Notes: generated from the sequence alone by a model not told the origin. A stretch of DNA of 64,000 bases from Bdellovibrionales bacterium (GCA_964230645.1 CAXRHT010000003.1:608001-672000), one strand, 5' to 3'. Shown: positions 47,153-56,953, counted from the stretch's first letter. A program made the numbers and translations.

Positions 47153-48610
47153 TTGAAAACCTTCATAGTTTTTTTTGGTCTTATCGTCCTTTTTTACTCG
47201 GCTGATTTGAAAGCCGAACCCTGGCTTTCCAATCGTTTTGCGCAAAACTGTGCTTCTTGCCATGCTCCAGGACGTCTGAACCGTTCTCCTTCAAAGAGAC
47301 GTTGCACTCTTTCGTGTCAGGGTTGTCATGTGAATCCCAATGGTGGTGGATTGAGAAACAAGTACGGCAAGTGGACCTCTGAAAGGTGGGCTCGTAGCTT
47401 TTATACTGATATAGCTTGGAACAAGAAGTCTCCCGCTCCCCTGAAGCACCAGAAATACATGAAAAAGAAGCTTTCTAAAAAAACAAAACTAAAGATGGCT
47501 AAATATGGTGCCCCTCTCGTTGGAGTTAAAGCTGTTATTAAAGATGAGAAGCCCTTTTTTGAGTCGTCAAACTACACAGCCGCTCAAAATAAAGTCGAAG
47601 AATTATCAAGAATCACTCGCAATGACCCTTACAGGCAAACAAGACGGGATATGGTAACAGTGGGAGGCGATTTTCGCCTTTTCTATATCCAGCAATCTGA
47701 GGGAGCGGCTTCTCAAAAGCTCGAAGAGGGAGCCTTTTTCCCCATGGTCTTTGATTTTGGTGTCAGGGTGCGCCCCATCAGAGAAAAGTTATCCTTTGTG
47801 TATGAAGGGCGTGCGATTAATTCCAGCCTGAATGAGCCCTCTAGCCTTGATCGTCTTTTCGGATCGGGGAGTGCCGCGATCACACGCTCGGCTTACATTT
47901 TAGTCGATGATCTTTGGTACAACTCCTATGCTCAGTACGGATACTATCGACCCATGTTTGGGATCTACAACCCCAATCACAATGCGATGATCACAGACTA
48001 CACCCGCTTGGGAATAAGGGCCAAAGTTAAGGCCGCAGGTTTTGGGACCGCTCCGAATGTTCCCTTTGGTATCGTCAATCTTATCTTAAAAGACGAAGGG
48101 GCTCCGGCGACAGATATCGCCAGCGAAGGTGGTCTTAATGTCACCCTCGGTATGAGGTTTGTTAAACTCGGCGCTTCGATTCAAGGCTCCTATTGGTCCA
48201 CTGACAACGAATCAACCACAGTTCCTTCCAAAACTGAAATGTGGAATATCAATGGCGGTATGAAACTGAATCGCTTTATCCTGACTGGTGAGATCACCAA
48301 CGTTCGGCGTGAAGTGGCGGGTCTTGATGAAACTCAAATTATCGGTGTGGATGGTCGTTTTCGATTTTGGAGAGAAATGTACTTAAAAGCGGGTATGGCT
48401 GTGGCTAACGCCGCAGTGGCTCGTCAAAACACAGTGAGTGGAACGGGAATTAGTCCCGGTTCTGGCGATGAAATAACTTTTGGGCTCAGAGCCTTTTTAC
48501 TTAGTGGTATCGATATTGAAACTCTTTACGCTTCAAAGACGAACAAAGAAGAAGGCTTTGAGGATCAAAAAGAGGATACCCTCTCGTTTCAACTTCACGC
48601 TTACTTTTAA
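47153..48610 (+). CDS. Diheme c-type cytochrome fused to an outer-membrane beta-barrel
   Basis: GAGGAG RBS with TTG start, signal peptide, CASCH and CQGCH, amphipathic beta strands, C-terminal FQLHAYF. Confidence 0.8.
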   Translation: MKTFIVFFGLIVLFYSADLKAEPWLSNRFAQNCASCHAPGRLNRSPSKRRCTLSCQGCHVNPNGGGLRNKYGKWTSERWARSFYTDIAWNKKSPAPLKHQKYMKKKLSKKTKLKMAKYGAPLVGVKAVIKDEKPFFESSNYTAAQNKVEELSRITRNDPYRQTRRDMVTVGGDFRLFYIQQSEGAASQKLEEGAFFPMVFDFGVRVRPIREKLSFVYEGRAINSSLNEPSSLDRLFGSGSAAITRSAYILVDDLWYNSYAQYGYYRPMFGIYNPNHNAMITDYTRLGIRAKVKAAGFGTAPNVPFGIVNLILKDEGAPATDIASEGGLNVTLGMRFVKLGASIQGSYWSTDNESTTVPSKTEMWNINGGMKLNRFILTGEITNVRREVAGLDETQIIGVDGRFRFWREMYLKAGMAVANAAVARQNTVSGTGISPGSGDEITFGLRAFLLSGIDIETLYASKTNKEEGFEDQKEDTLSFQLHAYF

Positions 48611-48612
48611 AG

Positions 48613-49335
48613 TCACACAGATCCAGTTTCAATGTATGCGAAAGTGGACTCTCGTTTCATTCCAAAACCTTTCTTTTTCTTGAAAACAAAATCATTGTTT
48701 ATTAAGGCACGCTTCAGAGTCCCTGTGGCGGCGTAAGTACTCAAGGTACAAAAATTCAAATCACAGTATTCTTTGATGAACTGATCGAGAAAACTTTCAT
48801 CCCAAAGTGTGGGGCTGCTTTTAGAGCTAAAGGCATCATACAAAATTCCATTAAATTTAAGTCCGTAAGGGTTTTTGTCCTCTACTTCGGGAAAGACTCT
48901 AAAACCTTCAGTTTCGAGGAGTTCTCTTAAGTTGGACTTAATTTTTTGAGGAGCTAGTTCAAAGGGCTTGGCAACCATTGTGAGAATTCGGTCATAGCAC
49001 TCAGAAAGCTCTGATGATTTGTCTGTCAGCCAATGGGTGAAGGAGTGGCGAAGCTCAGGGACAATTTCGTAGGAATATAGGATGATTTTTTTTTGTTTTT
49101 TTAGGGCCAAAGCACTTGTTAAAATTTCATTGTAGCCAAGACCAAGACCCATTGAGAGAAGGGCTGGTTTCTGAGCTGTGAGACTTCGCTCAATACAGGG
49201 AGCGTAGATATAAAGGGTCTCAGAGAGTGCCCCTTCGAGAGAATGCATTTTCTCACCCCCATTTAAGCTCAAAGTGGGGCTTTGATCTTTGGTGCTGATG
49301 ATCTCAAAGGAGAAGGGGGATTTTGTATTGCTCAT
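48613..49335 (-). CDS. Stand-alone MnmD / MnmC-methyltransferase-like protein
   Basis: TKDQSPTL, EKMHSLEGALSETLYIY, GLGLGYN, YDAFS, PTLW, TYA, GFGMKRE; start moved to ATG 49335. Confidence 0.82.
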   Translation of the reverse strand: MSNTKSPFSFEIISTKDQSPTLSLNGGEKMHSLEGALSETLYIYAPCIERSLTAQKPALLSMGLGLGYNEILTSALALKKQKKIILYSYEIVPELRHSFTHWLTDKSSELSECYDRILTMVAKPFELAPQKIKSNLRELLETEGFRVFPEVEDKNPYGLKFNGILYDAFSSKSSPTLWDESFLDQFIKEYCDLNFCTLSTYAATGTLKRALINNDFVFKKKKGFGMKRESTFAYIETGSV

Positions 49336-49362
49336 AGGTCTATAATTCGTTAAGTCATCCCT

Positions 49363-50304
49363 ATGGAAGTTGCAAGAAACAATCTTGATGAAAAGCCTTT
49401 TTATCCTATTTCCCAGTTCTATAAGGAAAAATTTGGGGAGAAGGTTTTTAAGATCCCAGTGGCCATAGCGGGGCGTTGCCCGAATATGAAAGATGGCAGT
49501 GGTCTGAAAACTTGCATCTTCTGCGATGAGTGGGGCTCTTTTGCCTACCCAGAAAATCAAGAGAAGTCTTTACGATCACAGATTGAACTTCACCGCAAGC
49601 GGGTGAAAGACCGCTACAACACCAACAAATTCTTTGTCTATTTTCAGGCTTACACAACAACTTACACTCAGGTGCAAAGAATCAGAGAGGCCTTCAGCAT
49701 AGCTCTTGAGTATGAAGGGGTCGTGGGAATTGTGATAGGAACAAGACCTGACTGTTTATCTCCAGCTCTTCTCGAGACCTTTAACGAGGTGGCCAAGAAA
49801 AGCTTTATGGCTGTGGAGCTAGGGGTTCAAAGCTTTGATGAAAAGCAGCTCGAGTGGATGCGGCGAGGTCATACGGCGGAGCAGTCCATAAAAGCGGTTA
49901 AAAGACTCAGAGAGAACTGCCCAGATGTGAACCTTGGTATCCATTTGATGTTCGGTTGGCCAGGTGAAACATACGATGACATCCGCGAGACCGCTCTACT
50001 TTGTAATGATCTAGGACTTCATAATGTGAAACTCCATAATCTTCATGTTCTAAAAAACACAGATCTTGCGAAACTCTTTGAAGCGGGAGAGTTTAAACCC
50101 TTTGATCTTGAGCTTTATTCTGATTACGTTTCCCATTTTCTAAGCTACCTGTCTCCCGAGATTGCTGTACATCGACTGGTGGCAACCGCCTCTCGTTGGG
50201 ATGAATTAGTGAGTCCTAAATGGACGCGAAACAAAATGCAAAACTATCAGTATGTGGTCGAGTATATGCGCAAGCGAAACATTACCCAAGGTTGTCAGTT
50301 ATGA
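49363..50304 (+). CDS. TIGR01212 family radical SAM protein (YhcC/YtqA-like)
   Basis: CPN-x8-CIFC extended Cys motif, YFQAYT, GTRPDCL, ELGVQS, RGH, VKLHNL. Confidence 0.92.
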   Translation: MEVARNNLDEKPFYPISQFYKEKFGEKVFKIPVAIAGRCPNMKDGSGLKTCIFCDEWGSFAYPENQEKSLRSQIELHRKRVKDRYNTNKFFVYFQAYTTTYTQVQRIREAFSIALEYEGVVGIVIGTRPDCLSPALLETFNEVAKKSFMAVELGVQSFDEKQLEWMRRGHTAEQSIKAVKRLRENCPDVNLGIHLMFGWPGETYDDIRETALLCNDLGLHNVKLHNLHVLKNTDLAKLFEAGEFKPFDLELYSDYVSHFLSYLSPEIAVHRLVATASRWDELVSPKWTRNKMQNYQYVVEYMRKRNITQGCQL

Positions 50305-50960
50305 AACCCTATGAGAAATATCCTAAAATTTGTCGTCAAATCTTAGACGTTTGCAAAAACCTCTACAGTCGAAATATGTTGGCGGCCGCCGATGGTAATG
50401 TGAGCTTTAAAGTCCAAGAGGGTGTACTGATCACTCCCTCCGGAGTGCCAAAAGCTTTTTGCCAGCCCGAAGACATTGCCTTTGTTACCTTAGATAACGA
50501 AGTTATGTATGGAAAGCCTTCCTCGGAACGTTTGATGCATCTGAGTGTCTATAATGAAGTGAAAGAAGCCAAAGCGGTTGTCCATGCCCATCCTCCGACC
50601 GCCATTGCCTGGAGTGTGGCCTTTCCAGAACTAGAGGAACTACCCAATAACTGCCTTTCCGAAGTGGTGCTAGCGGCTGGCCATATACCCATAGTTTCCT
50701 ATGCTCGTCCGGGTACCCAGGCTATGGGCGATGTTTTAAAGGAAAAAGTCAAAGACCATAAAATCATGATATTATCTCGTCACGGAGGTTTGGCTTGGGG
50801 AGAATCTCTCACTGAAGCTTTTATGGGAATGGAACGCTTGGAGCACTCCGCAGAGATTTTATATAAAGCCAAAAATCTCAAGGATCTTACTTATCTTGAT
50901 AATGAAGAGATGGAAGCCCTTTACAAAATCCGAGAAACAATAGGGAACAAAACACTATGA
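50301..50960 (+). CDS. Class II aldolase (FucA-like; candidate 5-deoxyribulose/methylthioribulose-1-phosphate aldolase)
   Basis: GNVS, ITPSG, PSSERLMH, VVHAHP, HG; ATGA overlaps on both sides. Confidence 0.85.
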   Translation: MKPYEKYPKICRQILDVCKNLYSRNMLAAADGNVSFKVQEGVLITPSGVPKAFCQPEDIAFVTLDNEVMYGKPSSERLMHLSVYNEVKEAKAVVHAHPPTAIAWSVAFPELEELPNNCLSEVVLAAGHIPIVSYARPGTQAMGDVLKEKVKDHKIMILSRHGGLAWGESLTEAFMGMERLEHSAEILYKAKNLKDLTYLDNEEMEALYKIRETIGNKTL

Positions 50961-51982
50961 AAAACCTCAATTCGCTTTCCTTAAAACTAGAAGACGGAAA
51001 TCTCCTTATTTTGGACCAGCAACTTCTTCCTGATAAAGAGGTTTGGATCGCGGTCGAAAATCCTGATCATATGGTGCAAATCATTAAGGACTTAAAAGTT
51101 CGAGGCGCTCCGCTTATCGGAGTGGCTGCCGTTCTTAGTTTGGCTCTTTGGGCCCAGCAGAGTGATGATTCGAGCGAGTTTTTAAAAACCGCTGAGAGGT
51201 TAAAACAGGCCCGACCCACAGCTGTGAACCTGATGAACGCCATTGACCGAATGGTGAAAGTTTCCAATGAGACCTCCTTTGATAAAAAAGCGATTTTGGA
51301 CAAAGCCCTCGAAATTTTCGACGAGGATGTGGATCTCTGTTTAAAAATGGCTCGCGCAGGAGCGGACTTGATCGAAGACGGCGATAATATTCTTACCCAT
51401 TGCAATACAGGTGGTTTAGCCACAGTAGGGGTGGGCACAGCTCTTGGAGTTATTACTGAAGCTCATAAACAGGGAAAAAAAATTCATGTTTATGTGGATG
51501 AAACCCGACCCCTTCTTCAAGGGGGCAGGCTCACCACTTGGGAGCTTGAAAAAGCGCAAGTGCCCTACACTTTGATTTGCGACAATATGAGTGGAAGCCT
51601 GATGGCCCAAGGTAAAGTCTCCAAAGTTTTCTTAGGAGCTGACCGTATTGCGACCAATGGTGACTTTGCCAACAAAATTGGAACCTACAACTTAGCTGTG
51701 CTGTGCAATTACCATAAAGTTCCTTTTTATACGGTAGCACCACTAACTACCATAGACTTTGAATGTCCTACTGGAGAGCAGATCCCCGTTGAGATGCGCA
51801 AGGATTCCGAAGGGCGAGGTGTTTTTGGTTATTTTGGTGATATTCGGTGGGCTCCAGAAAAAGCTCCCGTCTACAATCCTGCTTTTGATGTCACCCCAAG
51901 CCAATTACTTACAGGTATGGTGATTGACGACCAAGTCATCACCAAAGAAAAACTAAATGATCTCAACTACCTAAAAAAATAA
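50957..51982 (+). CDS. mtnA: S-methyl-5-thioribose-1-phosphate isomerase
   Basis: LDQQLLP, VRGAPLIG, RPTAVNL, THCNTGGLAT, DETRPLLQGGRLT, NKIGTY, NPAFDVTP. Confidence 0.96.
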   Translation: MKNLNSLSLKLEDGNLLILDQQLLPDKEVWIAVENPDHMVQIIKDLKVRGAPLIGVAAVLSLALWAQQSDDSSEFLKTAERLKQARPTAVNLMNAIDRMVKVSNETSFDKKAILDKALEIFDEDVDLCLKMARAGADLIEDGDNILTHCNTGGLATVGVGTALGVITEAHKQGKKIHVYVDETRPLLQGGRLTTWELEKAQVPYTLICDNMSGSLMAQGKVSKVFLGADRIATNGDFANKIGTYNLAVLCNYHKVPFYTVAPLTTIDFECPTGEQIPVEMRKDSEGRGVFGYFGDIRWAPEKAPVYNPAFDVTPSQLLTGMVIDDQVITKEKLNDLNYLKK

Positions 51983-52025
51983 AAAGGCACCTTGTTTTTT
52001 AAAATCAAAACACACAGGTGCCTTT
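51983..52025. terminator. Hairpin between convergent mtnA and gcvP
   Basis: AAAGGCACCT...AGGTGCCTTT inverted repeat. Confidence 0.6.
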
Positions 52026-52041
52026 AAAAGTCGCCAGCACC

Positions 52042-54903
52042 CTAAGAGGGGTGCTGGGCTTCTGATGAGTCGTTGTCGTACTCGCTAAGAGGTATGCAGG
52101 AACAGAAAAGATTTTTATCACCATAGACATGATCAATGCGATTCACACTGGCCCAAAACTTTCTGTCTCTCAGGTTTGCAACCGGATAGAAAGCCTGCTC
52201 TTTCGAGTAACTGCGCGTCCAATCGTGCATCAAATCTTCCACCGTGTGAGGGGCCATTCGAAGAGGGTTATCTTCTTTGGTCCACTCGTCTTTTTCAATT
52301 TTGGAAATCTCTTTACGAATCTCGATCATCGCATCACAAAAGCGATCAAGCTCTTCAAGGCTTTCACTCTCTGTGGGCTCGATCATCATAGTATTCACCA
52401 CGGGCCAAGACATGGTTGGTGCATGAAAACCATAGTCCATCAAGCGTTTGGCAACATCGTCCACGGTGATTCCTGTGGTTTCTTTTAAGGGGCGCAAGTC
52501 GATAATGCACTCATGCGCCACGCGACCCATGCGTCCTGTGAAAAGAATCGGATAGTGGTCCTTAAGGCGGTGAGCAATATAGTTTGCGTTGAGGATCGCC
52601 ATTTTAGTGGCGCTCTTTAGGCCATCGGCCCCCATCATGGAAATAAAGGCCCAAGGAATTGGTAAAATAAGAGCACTTCCCCAGGGAGCGGCACTGATGT
52701 TGGGAGTTCCTTTTTCAGGGCCAGCCTCTTTAACGATATTGTGATTCGGTAAAAACTCTTTTAAATGCTCAGCCACACCTGTGGGTCCCACTCCGGGGCC
52801 ACCACCGCCGTGGGGAATACAAAAAGTTTTATGGAGATTGAGGTGACAGACGTCAGGCCCAAACTGACCGGGCTGGCAGAGTCCCACCATCGCGTTTAAA
52901 TTGGCTCCATCCATATAGACCTGTCCACCATGATCGTGAACGATTTCACAGATCTTTTTCACTTCCGTTTCAAAAACTCCATGAGTGGAAGGGTAGGTGA
53001 TCATGAGTGTGGATAGAGAGTTTTTGTGGGCTTTACACTTATCAAGAAGATCGGCCAGGTCCACATTTCCTTGTTCGTCACACTGGACAATAACCACTTT
53101 CATACCGGCCATAACAGCACTGGCTGGATTGGTTCCGTGAGCCGAGCTAGGAATGAGGCAAACATTGCGCTCTTTGTTGCCGTGAGCTTCATGGTATTTA
53201 CGGATGGCAAGGAGGCCGGCGTACTCTCCTTGCGAGCCAGCATTCGGTTGTAGGGAGATCTCGGCAAAACCGGTAATTTCTCTCAGGTAGCCTTGTAGCT
53301 CATTGATCATGGCCAAAGTTCCCTTGGCTTGCTCCATAGGAACAAAAGGGTGAAGATTGGCAAATTCCGGCCAAGTGATGGGCATAAGCTCAGTGGCTGC
53401 ATTGAGTTTCATGGTGCATGAGCCAAGAGGAATCATGGCATCCGCTAAGGTCAGATCTTTTTTCTCAAGACTTTTGATATAGCGCATGAGCTCTGTTTCC
53501 GAATGATAGCGGTTGAACACAGGGTGAGTCATGTATTCACTAGTTCGAAGAGCGGAGTCAGAAAGGAGTTCTGCGGGTTTGCCTAATTGAGCCGAAGCTC
53601 CTTTTTCCTGTGAGAAAATATCAAGAAGATGAATGAGATCGTTATTCGTAGTTGTTTCATCAATGGAAACACCAATAAGACCTTCTTCAAAATAGTTGAG
53701 ATTGAATCCCAGTTTTTCAGCCGATTCTTTGAGGGAAGTTTTTTCCTCATCAGTGGCTTTGACAAAAAATGTGTCGAAAAATTCTGTGCTTTGAACTTCA
53801 AAGCCCATTTTCACGAGGCCTTGCACAAGGCGACAAGCTTTGGAGTGAATCTCCTCAGCCATTTTCTTCAACCCTTTAGGACCGTGATAGACTCCGTACA
53901 TTCCAGCCATCACAGCTAGGAGAACTTGAGCTGTACAAATGTTGCTTGTCGCTTTTTCACGACGGATATGCTGTTCTCGGGTCTGAAGAGCTAAGCGATA
54001 AGCTGGTTTTTCATTGGAATCTTTAGAAACACCCACGATTCGCCCGGGAATAAGTCGCTTATGTTTATCCATAGTGGCCAAATAGGCGGCGTGAGGTCCA
54101 CCAAAACCCATGGGGACACCAAAACGCTGAGTGGTTCCGACCACAATTTCCGCTCCCATTTCTCCTGGAGGCTTCAGCATACAGAGGCTCAATAGGTCAG
54201 CACTAACGATGCAAAGAGCATCAGAGTTGGCCACAGTTTCAATTTTTGAATCGAGCTTCTCAATCGAGCCAAGCCCGTTGGGATATTGGATCACTACACT
54301 AAGATAGTCGTCGAGACTGTTGGGAAGCTCGGAGCCAGTTTCCACTTCTAAGCCTATGGGCTCACAGCGAGTTCTCAAAACTTCAAGACTCTGAGAGAAA
54401 ACCGGCATGAGAACGAAAACCTTATTTTTCTTTCGTCTTTTGATTTGAAAGCTCATCGCGACCGCTTCGGCTATGGCTGTGCCTTCATCGAGAAGAGAGG
54501 CGTTGGCAATCTCCATACCGGTAAGGTCTTGCACCATCGTCTGAAAATTAATCAAGGCTTCAAGGCGTCCCTGGGAAATTTCGGGCTGGTAAGGGGTGTA
54601 GGCGGTATACCAGCCTGGATTTTCTAGGATGGATCTTTGGATAACACTTGGGGTGTAGGTACCGTAGTAACCCATTCCGATAAAAGACTTTAAAACCTTA
54701 TTTTGTTCGGCATAGGATTTGGCTTTTTTTAACACCTCGGCCTCAGAGAGGGGGGCCGGTAGATCGAGAGCTTTTTTCTGGCGGATATTGTCCGGAATGG
54801 TTTCAGAGAGAAGTTCGTTGAAATCCTTTAAATTAAGTGATTCCAGCATTTTAGCTTGATCGTCCTCTTGGGGACCAATGTGCCGGCGCGCAAAAATATC
54901 CAT
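52042..54903 (-). CDS. gcvP: Glycine dehydrogenase (decarboxylating), P protein
   Basis: RRHIGP, YTPYQPEISQGRLE, ATSNICTAQ, LGSCTMKLN, HLNLHKTF (PLP lysine). Confidence 0.98.
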   Translation of the reverse strand: MDIFARRHIGPQEDDQAKMLESLNLKDFNELLSETIPDNIRQKKALDLPAPLSEAEVLKKAKSYAEQNKVLKSFIGMGYYGTYTPSVIQRSILENPGWYTAYTPYQPEISQGRLEALINFQTMVQDLTGMEIANASLLDEGTAIAEAVAMSFQIKRRKKNKVFVLMPVFSQSLEVLRTRCEPIGLEVETGSELPNSLDDYLSVVIQYPNGLGSIEKLDSKIETVANSDALCIVSADLLSLCMLKPPGEMGAEIVVGTTQRFGVPMGFGGPHAAYLATMDKHKRLIPGRIVGVSKDSNEKPAYRLALQTREQHIRREKATSNICTAQVLLAVMAGMYGVYHGPKGLKKMAEEIHSKACRLVQGLVKMGFEVQSTEFFDTFFVKATDEEKTSLKESAEKLGFNLNYFEEGLIGVSIDETTTNNDLIHLLDIFSQEKGASAQLGKPAELLSDSALRTSEYMTHPVFNRYHSETELMRYIKSLEKKDLTLADAMIPLGSCTMKLNAATELMPITWPEFANLHPFVPMEQAKGTLAMINELQGYLREITGFAEISLQPNAGSQGEYAGLLAIRKYHEAHGNKERNVCLIPSSAHGTNPASAVMAGMKVVIVQCDEQGNVDLADLLDKCKAHKNSLSTLMITYPSTHGVFETEVKKICEIVHDHGGQVYMDGANLNAMVGLCQPGQFGPDVCHLNLHKTFCIPHGGGGPGVGPTGVAEHLKEFLPNHNIVKEAGPEKGTPNISAAPWGSALILPIPWAFISMMGADGLKSATKMAILNANYIAHRLKDHYPILFTGRMGRVAHECIIDLRPLKETTGITVDDVAKRLMDYGFHAPTMSWPVVNTMMIEPTESESLEELDRFCDAMIEIRKEISKIEKDEWTKEDNPLRMAPHTVEDLMHDWTRSYSKEQAFYPVANLRDRKFWASVNRIDHVYGDKNLFCSCIPLSEYDNDSSEAQHPS

Positions 54904-54951
54904 GAAGAGCCTCCTACAATTTCTGTAAGAGGATCTTCTAGCACGTCTGAA

Positions 54952-55461
54952 TTATTTTGTCTTCTTTTTGCTGGTCTTTGTTTTTTTATTAGTGGTGGTC
55001 TTCTTCTTGGCTTTTTTGGAAGTCTTAGCCTTCTTTTTTGAGCTTGTTTTCTTCTTTTTAGCCGTGGTGGTCTTCTTCTTTTTCGTCTTCTTTTTGGTGG
55101 TAGAAGCTAACCCAAAAGCCGACATCTGCTTTTTAACCGCTTTCTCGATGGACTTTTTCTGATCATTGGCCATCTTTTGAAGGTCTTTAATATGCTTCTC
55201 AGCTTCGGTGCGACGTTTTTTCAAGGCCTTCAAGGCTTCGTTAAACTCTTTGTCCAAATCTTTTTGTTTGCTCTGAATTTTCTTTTGAATGTCACGGTAT
55301 TGTTTTTCGAGCTGATTCAGATGCTTCTGAGTGGGCTCTTGAATTTTTTTATAGGGTTCAAGCTCTCTTAACTCTTTTTTAAGGCGATTGACTTCTTTTT
55401 GGAGAAAGTCTCCTTGAAAGATGCGGTTAATTTCTTTTTTTATCTGGTCTAATGAAATCAT
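54952..55461 (-). CDS. Coiled-coil protein with histone H1-like Lys-rich C-terminal tail
   Basis: GGGAGAG RBS; helical body; ~47-aa tail made almost only of K/T/A/S. Confidence 0.75.
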   Translation of the reverse strand: MISLDQIKKEINRIFQGDFLQKEVNRLKKELRELEPYKKIQEPTQKHLNQLEKQYRDIQKKIQSKQKDLDKEFNEALKALKKRRTEAEKHIKDLQKMANDQKKSIEKAVKKQMSAFGLASTTKKKTKKKKTTTAKKKKTSSKKKAKTSKKAKKKTTTNKKTKTSKKKTK

Positions 55462-55621
55462 GTCTCTCCCTTTGGTAACTAAGACGACTCAACTTAACTG
55501 ATCTTATAGGATTTGTTGAGTCAAAATATCAATAAGACTCTTAAATTGCATAATTTTCCTTCCAGGTGTGTTCTGCTAATTTTCTTGATGTGTATTTGAG
55601 CAGGCAGTAAGAAGAGAGACC

Positions 55622-56827
55622 ATGAATCGTAGCGCTTTTCTTAATGACCATTGGAAGTCTTATCCGACACTTTCCTCAAGGGATCATTTTTTTTGCGGCA
55701 GAGTCAAAGAGCTCAAAACGGGTGAAATTGAACTTAGCAATCAAAGCCAATCGCTTCGGGTAAAACTTGAAAATGAAAAAGAAGTATTGCACTTGGAGCT
55801 TGGAAAAAGTATTTCCCCCTCTCTGTTGTTGAAAGGTGACGTTGTTGCTTTCCATAAAAGTGAGAAAACCTTCTTTCTCCTCTCTCCAAATCTTAAAAAC
55901 TCCTGTGGTGAAGAAGTTTATAAACGCGCTAACGATTGGGAGAACTTTTTAAAAATTACCAAAAACTTCCTAGAGTCTCGAGGGCTAAAGTCCATTCAAA
56001 CGCCCTTATTGGTCGATTCGCCGGGTGTGGACCACCACATTAACTTTTTAAGAGTGCAGGCCAGTCAAACGGGTCGAGAGTGGTGTTTGCCGACAAGTCC
56101 TGAGATCCATTTAAAAAAAGCTCTCAGTGAAGGGTGGGAACATATTTATGAAATAAAATCTTGTTTTAGGGATGATTTGCCAGGCCCCCTTCATCAGACA
56201 GAATTTACGATGCTGGAGTGGTACCGATCCTACTGGAGTCTTGACGAATTAGCTGGGGAAGTCTTCGAGTTTTTTGATTTTGTGACCGGTAAGAAGCAGT
56301 TGAGGAGATCTCTCAGCATTTCTGAGGCTTTTGAAGTTTACGCCGGCCTTAATCTGACCCCTAAAACTGACCGTGCCACACTCTGGGAGTGGGGCTGCGA
56401 CTTAGGGATCGATTGCCACGAAAGCGACGATTGGAACGATTTGTTCTTTCGAATCTTCTTAGAAAAAGTGGAGCCCGAACTGGGGCGTGGTGAGGTCACT
56501 CGAGTTTTTAATTTTCCAGCCTCCCAGGCTTCTTTGGCTCAAATCAACAAAGAAGGGTGGGCGGAACGTTTTGAAATCTATTGGCAGGGAGTGGAGTTGG
56601 CTAATGCCTATAAAGAAGTCAACGATCCTCAAGAAAACCGCCGACGTTTTGAGTTTGAGAATCAAAAGCGTCAGAATAAAGAGGTTGAGACCTCTCCTGT
56701 CGACTCTGAGTTTTTAGATTCATTAGAAAGAGGCATGCCTCCAGCCTGCGGAGTGGCTCTTGGCTTGAGCCGCTTATATCACCAAATGCAGAAGGTTGAG
56801 GGGGCGAGGGAGACGCCTGTCTTTTAA
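55622..56827 (+). CDS. epmA: EF-P lysine aminoacylase EpmA/GenX with N-terminal extension
   Basis: LPTSPEIHLKKAL, FRDD, HQTEFTMLEWYR, ERFEIY, ELANAY, GMPPACGVALG. Confidence 0.88.
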   Translation: MNRSAFLNDHWKSYPTLSSRDHFFCGRVKELKTGEIELSNQSQSLRVKLENEKEVLHLELGKSISPSLLLKGDVVAFHKSEKTFFLLSPNLKNSCGEEVYKRANDWENFLKITKNFLESRGLKSIQTPLLVDSPGVDHHINFLRVQASQTGREWCLPTSPEIHLKKALSEGWEHIYEIKSCFRDDLPGPLHQTEFTMLEWYRSYWSLDELAGEVFEFFDFVTGKKQLRRSLSISEAFEVYAGLNLTPKTDRATLWEWGCDLGIDCHESDDWNDLFFRIFLEKVEPELGRGEVTRVFNFPASQASLAQINKEGWAERFEIYWQGVELANAYKEVNDPQENRRRFEFENQKRQNKEVETSPVDSEFLDSLERGMPPACGVALGLSRLYHQMQKVEGARETPVF

Positions 56828-56953
56828 ACAGCGCATTAGCTCCTTCGGGTCTTAGGAATTAAACAGCCTCACTTGATCTCAGTGGGAAAAGGAGGCTTGC
56901 GTTGGGGGTCATTTTCTTGCATTTTGTATGTCTTGGAGTCATTGGGGATAGTT

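Noticed and set aside
49336..49560. Long N-terminal extensions in the ORF track (e.g. 49560, 8179, 8255, 4825, 41454)
   Set aside because: They overlap neighbouring genes or promoters; downstream starts fit RBS, signal peptide or family motifs better
29445..54903. Separation of gcvP from gcvT-gcvH, and a possible glycine riboswitch
   Set aside because: Split gcv loci are common; no room or consensus for a riboswitch before gcvT or gcvP
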